From the NCBI GenBank assembly GCA_013265495.1, contig MU058591.1:186001-250000 (forward strand): a DNA stretch of 64,000 nucleotides, written 5' to 3'. The notes under the pieces are model-generated. The model saw only the letters and a list, made by a program, of their open reading frames with translations. It did no database searches and was not told the DNA's origin. This stretch comes from Vicugna vicugna. Its lineage: Eukaryota. Below are positions 1 to 13,810 of the stretch, one piece after another; the stretch's first letter is position 1; the number at the start of each line of letters is the position of its first letter. A program made the translations under genes and the position numbers.

Positions 1-1099
1 AAACAAACAAATAAGGATACAAAACCTTAACAACTATCATCCATGTTGCTGGTGAAATGTCCATTTTTTGAGGTGTGGTTGTGGAAAACAGAAATAGCAA
101 CGTGCATACAGGCTTTTCTGAGACCACCCTGATATCAAATGATTCTACCTCATCATGACCCTGACATACGTTATCAAAATATCTTAAATTTTTAGACTCG
201 GATAGTCAAATTACATCTTTCATAACCCTCTTCCCTTGGAGAACTTCTAAAATGGACTGGGAAGAACATAAGGAATGCAAGTTTGGGTTTGGCAGAAGCT
301 CGGGGTCTGGTGAGAGACTTGCATTCCAGCCTGGTGATACAGAGCAGAAGCCCAGTGAGATGGATCGGGCTGCATACTAAGGGCGTTTGAAAGGCTGCAA
401 ACCAGAAGTGACATTCAGTCCACTGCAGGCTGGGTCTTAATGCATGCTCACAAAACTGACTTCAGGATCAATTATCTGGAGGAGGTGAGGCAACTGACTG
501 TCATTCACTGGTGAGGTCTGACTCGGAAACATCCCAGCGGGAGGCTGCAGCTTTATGGACTCAGGTTGCACCTGGCAGCAGCGGACAACAGCAACCATCG
601 TGTTTTATTTTGTTTCATTTCATGTTGGAAAGACCATGGTGGTGGGTATGTGTATAGAAGATGTTCTTTAGCACAGGGTAGGAAGACACTGAGGCATGTA
701 TCCCTCTGCATTTATTGTCAGTAATGGTTCCATGAAAAGTTCTCTGATTTGAAATCAGAGTAGTAGGAAAAACTATAAAATTGAAGCACAAAGAAAAATA
801 TGTCAATAAATGAGCAGTGTATCAGTAAACTATCATACAATATTAAGTTTAACATTCATGGAACAGACCTGCAGAGACTTCTACAGAAAATTATATTTGA
901 TGAAGTAACAGGCAAATACTTTTCAAATTGAATTTAAAAATGTGTAGTCCACGTGAATCGGATACCGGTAGATCCTAGAGAGGTTAATACAAGGAAGGCT
1001 GCATGTAAGCACTTCATAGTCAAATTACTGAAACTAAGTTTACTGTAAATATATTAAATGTATTTGGGGGGGGAAGGCAAGCAGAGGAGGAACATTATA

Positions 1100-1330
1100 T
1101 ACAGCAGAACTATTATACAAATTACCTTTGTCTTCTCATTACAAATGCAAATCAAAAAACAGTGGAACAGCAGGTTTAAAATGTCACAAGAAAAAATAAT
1201 TTGTTTCAGCCTACACTTCAGTTTCAGAAACAAAGACAAAATGAAGACAAATTCAGCTAAACAAAAACAAACAATCAATGTCCGGTCGATCTTCTGTAAC
1301 AGAAAAACCACAAGAAGTTTCTCAGGCTGA
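1100..1330 (+). mobile_element. Old L1 ORF1 C-terminal fragment
   Basis: Translation 'KKQWNSRFKMSQEK...FSFRNKDKMKT' resembles the end of L1 ORF1p (RRQWxxIFKxLKEK...LSFKNEGEIKT). Confidence 0.5.
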
Positions 1331-2252
1331 GAGAATATGGTATCAGCCTTATACTTAGGTCTACATTGAGGCCTGAAAGAGCAGTGAAAATGGTAACTAT
1401 AAAAGGCATTTTTCTCATTTTTATTATATTTAAATGAGTTGTGGTTTAAATATCTGCTCTATTCTATTGTTGGGGACTATAGGATGGAGTTTGTCCTTTG
1501 GATGCTGGTTACAGATACCCATTTTTTTTTTTTGATCTCTTTGTTTTTCTTTATGTTTCCCTTATTTTTTTTTTTCCTTTCCCCTAGTTATACAGATCCA
1601 TGGTGTCTGTTCTACCTGGCATTTCTTCTTATTTTGTCTTTATTTATGAACTTAGTTTGTCTTTAATTTTTTCTTTAAATTCCTTCCTGAGAATTCCTAG
1701 ACCTCCTTTTTTCTCCTACATTCTCTGGTTATCTGATCATCGCTTCCTTTTGTCCCCTTATATTTATATTTGATTGCTTCATTAGTCGTTCTTTATTTCA
1801 TGTTGGAATTTGGAGTTCCAGTTTTCATCTGTTTTGTGTCTAATTTCAGGTGATTTTTTTTGCATCCCATTTCACTTTTCTCTTATTGCATATTTTTATT
1901 GTTCTGTGCCCCTCCTTGTTTTGCTGCTCAACTTTGAACGAGCTGGATTTTCAGAAAGCTGTTAACAGATGATTCCTTTGGAGGAAGGAGGGATCATTAT
2001 GGTCTCTGGTATCATAACTCAAAAGCACCTTACTTTTTTGCTTCAGCAATAGGCTCTTCTCTTGTGATATGTACCCGCTTAGTCTCTTATGATTCTCATA
2101 ACATACCCAACTCAGGAAAACTTTAACAGCTGGCAACAACCATGTTGTTTGAAATAGCCATTGCCACCAAGGGACACGGTCACTGCTTTCCTAGATGATC
2201 CCCTTATCTTTAGAAAGTATACTTTGCACCACACATTCTGAAAGATACTAAT

Positions 2253-2600
2253 TGTTTTAGTTCCTTCAGTCTGCTGTAACAAAAATACTGTAGACTGGGC
2301 ATCTTGGACAACACAAATAAATTTCTTCTTGTTCCAAAGGCTGAGAAGTCCAAGATCAAGGCACCAGCCCATTTGGTGTCTGGCGAGGGCCTTATTCCTG
2401 GGTCATAGATGACATCTTCTTGACGTCTCCTCACATGGTGAAAGGTGTGTGCAGGCTGTCTCTGGAATCTCTTTTATAAAGGCACTGAATCCATTGATGA
2501 GAGCTCTGTTCTCATGACCTAATCACCTCCCAAAGTTCTCACTTCAAATACCATCACTCTGGGGTTTCGGATTCAACATATGAATTTTGGGAAGCATAGC
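2253..2600 (-). mobile_element. ERVL-MaLR solo LTR (MLT1A/MST-like)
   Basis: Hallmark motifs gctgtaacaaaaatac..agactggg, gagaagtccaagatcaagg, atgacctaatcacctccc, attcaacatatgaattttggg. Confidence 0.85.
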
Positions 2601-4430
2601 ACCAACTCTGGGTCCCTCTGGGTATTTCTGTGCTTTCTCTCTCTACCTAGCCTGTTGATTTAGCTCATTATCCCTCCTATTTGGAAGGAATATTTATATC
2701 ACTTTTTGCGGTTGCCACTGAAGCTCTACATCTCATTTTTTGGTTACCTATAATATGTGGATAATAATAGTAGATTATGGGGTTATGATGAAGCTTCAAA
2801 GAGTTAATATCCATAAATCACTCTGAACAATACCTGGAACATAATAAATACTATTTAAGCTTTTGTTACATTAAAGCCAAAAACCAGATCTGTCAACTCT
2901 AGGCCCTTTCCTCTCACAGATCTTCTTGGCAGGAACATCATTGGTTCTCACTTGGAGTTTTCTGGGCTCAGCAGGTTTCAGGACGACCCAGTAATAAATG
3001 ATTTGGAATGTATGCTTTTTTCCTGACTCCTAGCCAGTTTCACAAAAAATATGGTTTGGGTTTTTCCCCTATTCTTATTTTCTGTTTGCCTTCTTGGAAA
3101 AAATATGGGACTATTCAGAACATGCATCCATATTCCTACAGAAGAGTCACTTACAGTATTGGAATCATTTATAGTATTTCTTTTACTTAGGACTGAAGTC
3201 CTAAATTAGCCTGATTTGAAGATGTAACCTCTTATCTTTGTGGTTTGCTTCATCGTCTCATGTGTAGTAAGATCCACCTTGAGGAACACTTTCGTAAATA
3301 TTAAAGGGATTAAATATGAGAAAGAATAAAAGATGTTTTCAAATCTTAGACAAGGTAAATAAATCTGTTCTCTTTTAAAGATCTGTCATGAGCTTAGCAT
3401 TTTTATCAACATACACAGACCCCCATATCTGTCCCCCAGAACAAAATTTTAATCACAGACTTGGACACATAAAAGCTAATCTGCTGGTCTAAAGTAAAAT
3501 AATATAATGCAAGATTTTATTTGCTCAGTTAAAATGACCATTTTTCCTGCATAAGAATAAAAAATAATATTATATTTAATACCCAGGTAACAGTAATGCC
3601 ATCTTTTTCCAAGTTGATTTTAGCAACCCAGCAGGAATACAGCAGAAAACAGTGTGAAAATTAACAGAAGCATATTAGGCTCATTTGCACACACCCACAC
3701 ACTGAAAGTGCAAAAATTATAAACTTGTAAAGTTACCAAAAAAAAACGGGTGAGATTACATTTAAACACCACAAGAATTTAGAAGAGAAATAAATAACAG
3801 AACTTCTATAAAGTTTTTTTCTCTTGTGATTCTAATGGGGACATAATTCTCAGGATTTTTGTTCTGTGAAGCAGAGAAGGATGAAGTCCTCTTTTTTTCC
3901 CTGATGTCAGAAAAAAGAAGGCCAAAAGAAAAGAACAGAGAAAAAGGACCAAAAAGATCTGTTGTTAATGCTTGGGAGAGTCTCAGAATTTCTCCTGTAT
4001 CCAGATGAATGATTAACAGATTGATGCCCAAATGGCATCTTAATTGCTGAAAGCGTAGGTCCAAATATAGCCTTACTCTCCAGCTAACACTCCCTAAGAG
4101 CTTGCCCTAAGGAAATTTTGAGTCTACAGACATGGCTACCCGGGTCACTACGAACCTAATCAAAATATATAAAGAAGAAGAAAAATTCTTAACCCCTACA
4201 AGTGTATAACTTCTGATAGTTTAAGTCCACTTAAGCAGGAAACGCACTGATCCCTGTGGCTCCAGATAACCAGGTAAATTGCTCCTTTCCCAAAGGTTGG
4301 AGAAAGAAAAAGTAGATACAGGGGAATGTCCTTACCTACAGAAACCACCGGAGAAGGAAGGAGATGAAAACAGAAGTTTTGGTGGGTTTTTTTTCTTTCT
4401 TTCTTTTTTAATTAACCTTAAGGATGGGTT

Positions 4431-4873
4431 TGTGGAAATAAATGAATACCGCTCAGCTGCGATCAGAGTCTTTTTATTCAGTACTCGCTATAGCAAGGGA
4501 GTCAGTACCACTGTTTGTGTTTGGCAAGAGCTCAAAGGCAGGCAAGAGAGTGGAAAAGTTTTATAGTGGAAAAAAAATTTAAGAATTCTCTGGACACTAT
4601 TCATCTGGAGAGGTTGGGGGTGGACTGACTTGAAGCAGTGCAGCTTACATGGTTGGTTTGAGGAGAACCATTGGTTTTTTCTAGTTCATCCTAAATTGGA
4701 AGGAGGGCAAAAAATAGGGAAATTGATAGTCACTGCCCGAGCCTTGACTGTTAAGTTCAGGAATGACTGAAGCAAAGACCCGTGTTTCTCCTGCATTTCT
4801 TACCTGGGCCAGAGTTCTCTTGTCATACAGTCTGACTAGTGTGTCTGTGTATTCAGTCTCTGGGGTTGAAACA
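4431..4873 (-). mobile_element. Probable ERV1-type solo LTR
   Basis: TG...CA ends; tttttattc near the left end (poly(A) signal on minus); LTR-like composition. No clean TSD. Confidence 0.45.
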
Positions 4874-7764
4874 TTTTGATCAAAATACAAGGCATTTTGA
4901 GAATGCAGTACTTGCTTCCATTTCCTTTTGAAAAAGAAAACTGGGAAATTAAGAGAGCTGAGGCAATCTATATATTTGAAAATAAAATCTGGCTAAATTG
5001 AATGTGATGTTGAGAGCCCATTAGGAAAGTGGATATACTGAACATACTGGCAAAAAAAAAAAAAAAAAACCACACACACACACACACTTATAAAGTGTGA
5101 TCTATATTTTCTGTGGAAATAAAATTGTGCAATGGTATCATAAGGCTCGTCTAGCATAAAAGTAGCTAAGAAGCCAATAGAGGTTTCAAAAAATAGTTAC
5201 AGCAGAACAAATCAGAAACTTTTAAAAATATTCACATTTCTTGGATTAATTAAATATTAATAAAATTAATATGTTGAATATTTTCATAGATATGTATAGT
5301 GTTCCTTGTGTAGTTTTAGGCTGATCTTACTAAAGGCAATCTTCTAATGATCAAAAGATGCAAATAGCTTTTTCATTTTTATGAGTGGCCTTTGATTTCC
5401 AGAATCCTGTCTTTCTGTCTTACTGAAACAAAATTGAGTTTCTTAATTTTCCCTAATTCTTCTTAGAAAAATGCAAAACTTATCTTCCCTTATATCTTAT
5501 CTAGTCATGAAAAAGCCACATGGATGCTACTTTTTAATTTGTTCTTTGCTTATATATTTTGTGAAAAAATATTTCTTTTTTTTTAATTCCTATTTAATGC
5601 GATTTGTCTTTTCAGTGAACCCAATTTTAATACCCCTTCAGCTCCCTGAATGAAGTCAAAAACCCACCAAATCCATTAAAACTACTTTGGTGAAGTTTTT
5701 CAGCTATTAGACATCTATAAAATGTAGTGAATATATTTTTCTTCTTCACTTATTTGATCTCTGGTGATTCCACCTGTCTTTGTAGAACTCTTTCCTGCCT
5801 TGAGTTCTGTGCCTGAAAATGTATCTGTTCCACTCCATTCTAGGGAAAAGGATTCTGTATCCTGACTTTGTAGGTAAAAGGTTAGACTGACTCATTGGCC
5901 AGGGTTCTAGGGGACTGACAACAATTTCCATCTGTTCACCCTAAAAGAGCCTGAATCTAAGTAATTGCTTCAGTGGGGAGGGAGGAACTGATCAAATAAC
6001 AAGAGAGAAAAGGAAGAGAGAGGGAAATGATGGGCCAGCCTAGATATTATATCTTACTCCTGAGTCTTTCTGTTTTTTCCTTTTTTCTTTTTCTTGCTGT
6101 CTCGGTTTCTTTTTCCTCATCCTTTACTGCATTATATCTCCCTGATTTCCTCTCCCTCCTCATCTAGGGTTTTTCCTCCTTACATTTTTCTAAGGAACAC
6201 TGGGCTCTATCTTAGACAATAAAATCATTCTGTTTTAGTTCAAGCTCAGTTGCTTCTCAGTCTCATTAATATTCCTGATAGAACATCCTGCAGTCATTGT
6301 TCCCTAACTTCCTAGTCATTTTTGCTTCTGGCTAAGACAGGAGGTTTAATAAGCAATGAAAAAACTGCAAAAGAATATACTCCGAAAGACTTGGTTAATA
6401 GATCTGACGTTTTCTGTGAAAAGCACACATTGATTTTTGTATGAAGCTGTTGGTATATGTTTGGCATTTACATTTGCAGTTGCCCTCAGCTTAAGACCGA
6501 AATTAATATATAGCTTTTAGGACACTCTGGACACACACAGAGAATAATATCTGAAAGTTTGCCATTCAAAAAAATCATAATTGCTTTATAGATAAAAAAG
6601 AAACTTATAATTGCTTTTGGTCCGTGTCTCTTGTTAGGAAACTTATCTTGATGGCTTTTAACCCTTAGAATGGTTGGTTAATGCCCTCGGATGATAACAG
6701 CTGTTTTCTCTGGTCTTTAATGTGCTTTGCATTTGTCTCCTGAAAATGAGAAATTATCATATTGCATTCCTGTGAGAAAGACCTTAACATCAACCTAATA
6801 TTACCTTCCTGCATTAGTGGAGAATTGAAGATAGTCTCTATGGCTGATGGATATTTTTCTCTTTTAAGAGAAATCCTGAAAGAAATCCCAGGGCTTCTAA
6901 TGAAATATTTGTCATAAGTAGACCCATTAAAGTTTTGTAGAGAAATAATCCTTGAAAAGGGCAAATCTAAATATTGGAGCATATTTCTTTGATTTCTCTT
7001 TTTATTCTAATTTATGTCTTTTTTTTTTTTTTTTGCTACCCTATGTGTAACTGTGCCAGGCTAATTCAATTTTTGTTTAAGAAAACACAGTTGGCATGTA
7101 GATCTTAGGAGAGTATTTCCACTGAAATCTCTAGTTTTAATCAAATTTTGGAATGGCATTTGGGGTACATATATTGAATTGCAGGACTTTGTAGGCTCTG
7201 TATAAGCTGTTTACTATAATTTTAACCTTCTCTTTCATAACCTCTTCTCAGCAAACCCAAGGTTAAAAAAAAAAGGTCATAAATACTCCTGTCCCCATCT
7301 CTGCATCACCCTAGGAAGCTCCTAGCTAAGTTTCAAACCACACTTTTACTGTCGTAGTTCTGCTCATCTACTTTCCTCAATTTTCAAGTGCTTCTTCCTT
7401 TTACACGTAATCTAGTTTAGACTTGCGCAGTTCCAACCCTAACAGACGTGCCCTCAGAGGACCAGCCCTAGAGCTTCTCTCACATCGGCCCTTCTTAGAT
7501 GCAGCTCCAGACCAGGTTCCTTCCCTGACTCCCCACTGGAGCCCATCAACCCGAATGACTCAAATACCAATAAAGTAAAATTTCAGAGAAAGGCCAACTC
7601 TAATGAAGGGAATATAGATTGAAGGCCCTACTGCTCAAAACATTCCCCCTAAAACCATAGATGATCTTAAAAGACTAATTCCCTATAATAAGGGCAATAA
7701 CCCATAATTCAGACCTAGTGTGATTCAGCTGAAGGAGCCTTGTCTGAGTTACTTTAAGCATGCA

Positions 7765-7940
7765 TCAATGCTTAATTCCTTCTTATTGCCAAATAATGTT
7801 TCATTGTATATATATATAGATATAGATGTATATAAATAGAGAGAGATAACACATTTTGTTTATTCATCAGTTGGACATTTTGGGTTGTTCCCCCCCCTTT
7901 TTTTGGCTACCATGAATAATGCTGCAATAAACATTCTTGT
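7765..7940 (-). mobile_element. L1M 3'-region fragment
   Basis: Antisense L1 motifs 'ttggacatttt gggttgtt' and 'atgaataatgctgcaataaacatt'. Confidence 0.75.
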
Positions 7941-7943
7941 ATA

Positions 7944-8003
7944 TAAAGAAAGAAAAGAAAGAAGAAGGAAGGAAGGAAAGAAAGAAAAAGAAAGAAAGAA
8001 AGA

Positions 8004-8035
<32 letters not shown>

Positions 8036-8040
8036 AAGAG

Positions 8041-8091
<51 letters not shown>

Positions 8092-8145
8092 AGGAAGGAA
8101 AGAAAGAAAAGGGAGGGAGGGAGGGAGGGAGGAAGGGAGGAAGAA
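7944..8145 (+). repeat. (GAAA)n/(GGAA)n/(GGGA)n polypurine microsatellite
   Basis: Directly visible tetranucleotide tract. Confidence 0.97.
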
Positions 8146-10549
8146 ATGCTTTAACTACTGTACTTGAAGGAACTAGATGGACTAACATGGAAGGACAAAA
8201 GGGCGACTTCTCCAGCAAGCAAACCTCTTCAGAATGAATGCAATTGCTTTCTGCACTGGAGTTCCAGAGAGTGACAAGGGGAAATTTGCAACAAGGGGAA
8301 GTTTGCAACTCTCCAGGAGTTACCTGGAGAAAAACAGGAGAGGGAAACCTGCTTCAGCAAAGTGTTCTGAAACAAACTTTAGAGTCCATTTGCCTGAGCA
8401 CAGTTACTAATTATGTGATCTCCCCAAATTAATTAACCTCTTTTCAATTCTATTTTCTCATCTATGAAATGAGTATAGGAGTCTCAACTTCCCATTGTCA
8501 TAGAATGTCATGTTAAACACATAATATAAAAATTATTCCATTTTCTTTCTACTTAAGGCTGACCCCGTTGTGAATTTTTATCTCTGTAAGTGTAATCATA
8601 AAGGAAGATGGAATGGCAGCACAATTTGTGAGACTTGTCAAGATTTTTTTTTCCTGCCACTGCTTAAAGGGCATTCATTGTGTTGTGGGAAGAAAGGGGA
8701 AACAGAGCAATTCAAGAGTCTCACAAATTACTGGGACTTCCTGTTTTCACTGGTCGTATTAATCACATAACTTGTGGCTTTTCCAGAGCAAGTACAGTTG
8801 TTTTACTTAAAGAGGATGATGATATTTGAACTCGATGTGTACCATTTCCCACTCCTGGCTCAGTTTCCTGAAAGAATTCCAAGGCATTTCTCTCCCTAGA
8901 ATACAGCATGCTTTGTTTGTTTGTTTGTTTGTTTTGATACAGAACTACTTAGTTGGTGATATTTTGTCCCTGAGATCTATTATTGGAAGAAATATCTGAT
9001 ATGCACAATTGGAGCAGTAGACGCTTTTTATGCTTCTTAGATATTAATAGAGGCAGCTCACATTGCAGAACTCACTCTAGAAGTGTAGCATAAAATATGA
9101 TAAAAATCAACCACCCACATCGCTGATTTTTATGGAAAATATGATCATAGGTACAATATATTACACTCTGAAAGTTTCATATGGCATCACAGGAAATGTT
9201 TTGCAGCCTAAACAGGCACAGAGACCTCCCTGTTATTTCCTATAAAATGTATCCAGATTGAGCAGAAAGTTAGCAATTAACATGCCTGCTTTATGAAACA
9301 AGCTTGACATTCTTCTAAGGTATATGCTAAAGACATAAAAAAGGCAGAATGCACTTACTTAATATAGTAAAACATGTTCTAGTCAAGTTCATTTTCTAAC
9401 TTATCTTCCTTATGTCACTCTGCATATTTTTACTTTATTCATCTACCATACAATTTACTATCTGTTAAACTTGAAAAATCCTATTTATTTAATTTCCTTT
9501 CAAAAGTTTTTCTGAACACTAAATAGTTTGATTTATCCTAATACCCTTCTAAATTTCTCAATTTAAATTATGTTGCATCTTTATGAGAAATGTTTTGCAT
9601 TCCAAACTAGTAGATCCTTTGTTCACCCAGATTTTTAAAAATCGAGTCCCTTTTCTACAAAGCTCAAATCCCTTTTCTATAAAGCTCACATCCTTAGGAC
9701 GGTCTTGTTCATCACCTTGTCACGAAAATAATATTCTCTACCTCCAAAAACTTAAGTAACTCTGCAAAGTACATTCTAAATAACCTCTATACTCAGTAAT
9801 GCAAGTTCTCCTTTTGATTCTTTATTTATTAAGCTGCTTTGAGACTTATCAGGAATCTCTTTGCCTTTTAAGAAAAGTGTAACAATGAAAGGTGATGTGA
9901 AAAGACTTCTTTCCTTAAGCTGATCATTGTCTCGCCCGGATAAAGATAGGTGTAGCTGTTTCATTGAGTTTAGCTTGTTTCCTGTTCATGTACGATTTTA
10001 TAAATGTGTGCATTAAACTGTCTTTTCCATTTTCCGATACAGTCAGCAAAAGTTACACTCAGCCTAAAAAACTGGAAGTACCTGTGTGGTCCTAGAGGGT
10101 GTGCTTCTTCCAAAGTCACTTATCTGAAGTCAAGAATGTAGCCTCAGTGTCCCTGCAGTCTGATCATTACGTTTTATCTCCATGTGTTTTCCTCCTTCCA
10201 TACAGCACACCAGAAAATGAATGAGGGAGGTTATAGTTTAACAATTTCACAAGAGATGAAATATGTGGGGAAGAAAGAGGACAATTGACTCTCCTTTCAT
10301 CAAATAAGTAACTTCATATTAAATGTTTCCATTGCAACATAATTTACATAGCTGTGTCAGATATGACCTTCTCTTTTCATTCTTTTCCATTTTCCACAAT
10401 GTACATATCATCATAGCTACAGTTAAATGAAGACTGATTTCCAAAAGCAGAATCTAAAGTTTGTTTCTTTAAGGGGGTGGTAGTAAGTACAAGTATTTAG
10501 CTGTAAATTTGATCCTAAGGCTGATCAAGGTTATCAGGAAAAGTTAGTG

Positions 10550-12419
10550 AAAAAAAAAATTGATGAAACTAGCAAAGAAATATAACCCCCAGATCCTGAA
10601 TAATGTGTGAATGTTGCCAAAAGCAAAGTAGACTCTGGCAAGAAACAATGACAGCAGTCAACCTTTGGAGTGACAGAGGAGAAAAGGAATTACAGAAAAT
10701 TTTCAGTCATGGCAGTGCTCAAAAATTGTCACCAGATTCTCACTGGTACAGGAGAAGGAAGTAAAAAGAGAAGGAACAGAAGTGCTGGCATGAGAGTGGA
10801 GCCCAGCGACCACACGTGGCAAATCTAAAAAAGTGTCCATACATTTGAATGCCTTCAAAAATGGGTTAATTGGGTTGTTCACCTTAAGGGCTGTTCCCGG
10901 GAAGAAACTAACAGAGCTCGTGGCTGGCAGAAATGATCCTTCAGAAGCAGGGCAGACTGTGAGGGGCAGATGCCGAGGGTCTCCTTACCCATCTTAAGTA
11001 GACAGAAGAAAGAACTTTGAGCTGAGGAGCATGGAAAGCCAATTGGCACACCTTCACCAGAAGCCTCCTGAGGACCGCGCGCCCAGGGAAACCACACTCA
11101 CTCAGACAGACTCTTTCACTATGTTCTCTCTTATCTTCTTGGGGTCCTGATCCTCATGTCTGGTGTCACCACCTTATGATATATCATTTCCCCATGCAGT
11201 TTGCAATTATCCCTGATAGAACCTTCAGTTCATTTTCCCCTCGGTAGGAGCCTTGTGTACCGCATACTGTGGAAGGTCCCAAAGGAACAGTTCTGTTCTT
11301 GCTAGCTTCCTGCAGGGCACTGCCTGCTCTGGAACCCGNNNNNNNNNNNNNNNNNNNNNNNNNNNNNNNNNNNNNNNNNNNNNNNNNNNNNNNNNNNNNN
11401 NNNNNNNNNNNNNNNNNNNNNNNNNNNNNNNNNNNNNNNNNNNNNNNNNNNNNNNNNNNNNNNNNNNNNNNNNNNNNNNNNNNNNNNNNNNNNNNNNNNN
11501 NNNNNNNNNNNNNNNNNNNNNNNNNNNNNNNNNNNNNNNNNNNNNNNNNNNNNNNNNNNNNNNNNNNNNNNNNNNNNNNNNNNNNNNNNNNNNNNNNNNN
11601 NNNNNNNNNNNNNNNNNNNNNNNNNNNNNNAAAAAAAAAATTGATGAAACTAGCAAAGAAATATAACCCCCAGATCCTGAATAATGTGTGAATGTTGCCA
11701 AAAGCAAAGTAGACTCTGGCAAGAAACAATGACAGCAGTCAACCTTTGGAGTGACAGAGGAGAAAAGGAATTACAGAAAATTTTCAGTCATGGCAGTGCT
11801 CAAAAATTGTCACCAGATTCTCACTGGTACAGGAGAAGGAAGTAAAAAGAGAAGGAACAGAAGTGCTGGCATGAGAGTGGAGCCCAGCGACCACACGTGG
11901 CAAATCTAAAAAAGTGTCCATACATTTGAATGCCTTCAAAAATGGGTTAATTGGGTTGTTCACCTTAAGGGCTGTTCCCGGGAAGAAACTAACAGAGCTC
12001 GTGGCTGGCAGAAATGATCCTTCAGAAGCAGGGCAGACTGTGAGGGGCAGATGCCGAGGGTCTCCTTACCCATCTTAAGTAGACAGAAGAAAGAACTTTG
12101 AGCTGAGGAGCGTGGAAAGCCAATTGGCACACCTTCACCAGAAGCCTCCTGAGGACCGCGCGCCCAGGGAAACCACACTCACTCAGACAGACTCTTTCAC
12201 TATGTTCTCTCTTATCTTCTTGGGGTCCTGATCCTCATGTCTGGTGTCACCACCTTATGATATATCATTTCCCCATGCAGTTTGCAATTATCCCTGATAG
12301 AACCTTCAGTTCATTTTCCCCTCGGTAGGAGCCTTGTGTACCGCATACTGTGGAAGGTCCCAAAGGAACAGTTCTGTTCTTGCTAGCTTCCTGCAGGGCA
12401 CTGCCTGCTCTGGAACCCG
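10550..12419. repeat. 789-bp direct duplication (10550-11338 and 11631-12419) flanking a 292-N gap
   Basis: Copies are offset by 1081 bp. The only difference I found is A11031 vs G12112. Copy ends coincide with the gap edges. Confidence 0.95.
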
Positions 12420-13110
12420 TTTCTACACTAATTTCTTCAAGTTGGGATTTGCACACCACTCAGTTGGTATAAACGTTGATGCCAGCCTTGTGCTTGGTAC
12501 TCACTTTGGTTCTTCAAATGGAATTTTTTTTTTCCCCATTTGAAGCCCTTGATAGAGAAAGTCTCTCCTGACACTTCACTGGGTCAGTGAGCAGAGCTGT
12601 TCTCATCCTCTCCCTTGGTATGGCCAGTTCTCTCAGAGCCCTGGCTCTGTGAGGTGGTCCCAAATTGATCTTACTGCCTTATCATGCTTGAAAGCCACAG
12701 TCCTGTCCCTATTCAGCATTAAAATGTCACTTTCCTGAAGACTAGAATGCATATCTTAGTCTTATAAAGCCCCACAGCTTTAGCACTTAACATTTAATGC
12801 TCAGGCCTTAAATCTCACCTTATTTCTGACATTTAGCACCTCCTTCCACACACACATTTTATTTCATCTCATTAATCTCAGCTATATTTAAATAACAGTA
12901 CTTTATACACATTTTCATAGGCTTGTTATCAGGAGAATGATCCAGATTATCTTGGTCAATAAACTATTATATTCAAATAAATTTTTGAAAGCTGGAGTCA
13001 GAAAAACTGTTACAGAAATTCTAAAAAGCGATACTTTGATACTTCTTCAGAGTAGATTTGGGATAATGGAAGGTTATGTTTAAATTAATAATATACAAAT
13101 GGGATCAACT

Positions 13111-13810
13111 GGGAGTGACATCATCAAAATGGGAGAATTAAGAGGACTATTTTTTGCCAACCTCCTTTCCACCAAAAAATACCACCACCACCACACTGGC
13201 AATCACACAGGGATGAGAGAACCCAATTGAAAGTCCAGTAGTCATCCAACAGAGAAGTCCCAGCACACCTTTAGAACTAAAAAATCTGAGACTACACACA
13301 CTGAAGAGGGTAAGAGGAATGTCTTGTATTCAGCTGCATCGCCCTTCCCCAAGGGCAGAGCAGCTCAGGCCAAGAGAAACTTTGTCAGCCCGAGATTTTC
13401 CCACATGGGGAAGTGAGAGCACGTGAGTGAGCACTTGGCTTACTCAGCTGTTCAAGATGACGACAGAGGCCCATTTCTCTGTCAGCTCATCCAGAGGACT
13501 GAGGCATGAGCTGCACAACTGGGAGGCAGTGGGAGGCAAGAGAACAGCAGCCAAGGCTCAGAGCAGAACAGTGGGATGTTGGCTGCCAGGGGCGGGAGGT
13601 GGGAAAATGAGATGCTGGTCAAAGACTACAAACTTCCAGTTTTAAGATAGTAAGTTCTGGGGCTCTGATGAACAGCATGGTGACTGTACTTAACAGTATT
13701 GTATTTTACACACTTGAAAGTTGCCGAGAGAGTAAGTCTGCAGTGTTCTCAGCACACACTCACACAAATGGTAATTTTGTGAAGTGGTGAGGTGTTAATT
13801 AACCCTGTGT
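13111..13810 (+). mobile_element. L1MA-like element: 5'UTR-like part (~13111-13560) joined to 3'UTR part (~13560-13810)
   Basis: Starts gagtgacatcatcaaaatgg (L1 5' end with a degenerate YY1 site). The 3' part has L1MA9/10 motifs (tggtcaaagactacaaacttccagtt, cttgaaagttgc). Confidence 0.6.

Noticed and set aside
7885..8308. Lys/Glu/Arg-rich and Phe/Leu/Ser-rich ORFs
   Set aside because: They are translations of the (GAAA)n microsatellite.
11184..11729. Long ORFs on both strands
   Set aside because: They stay open only because they cross the N gap.
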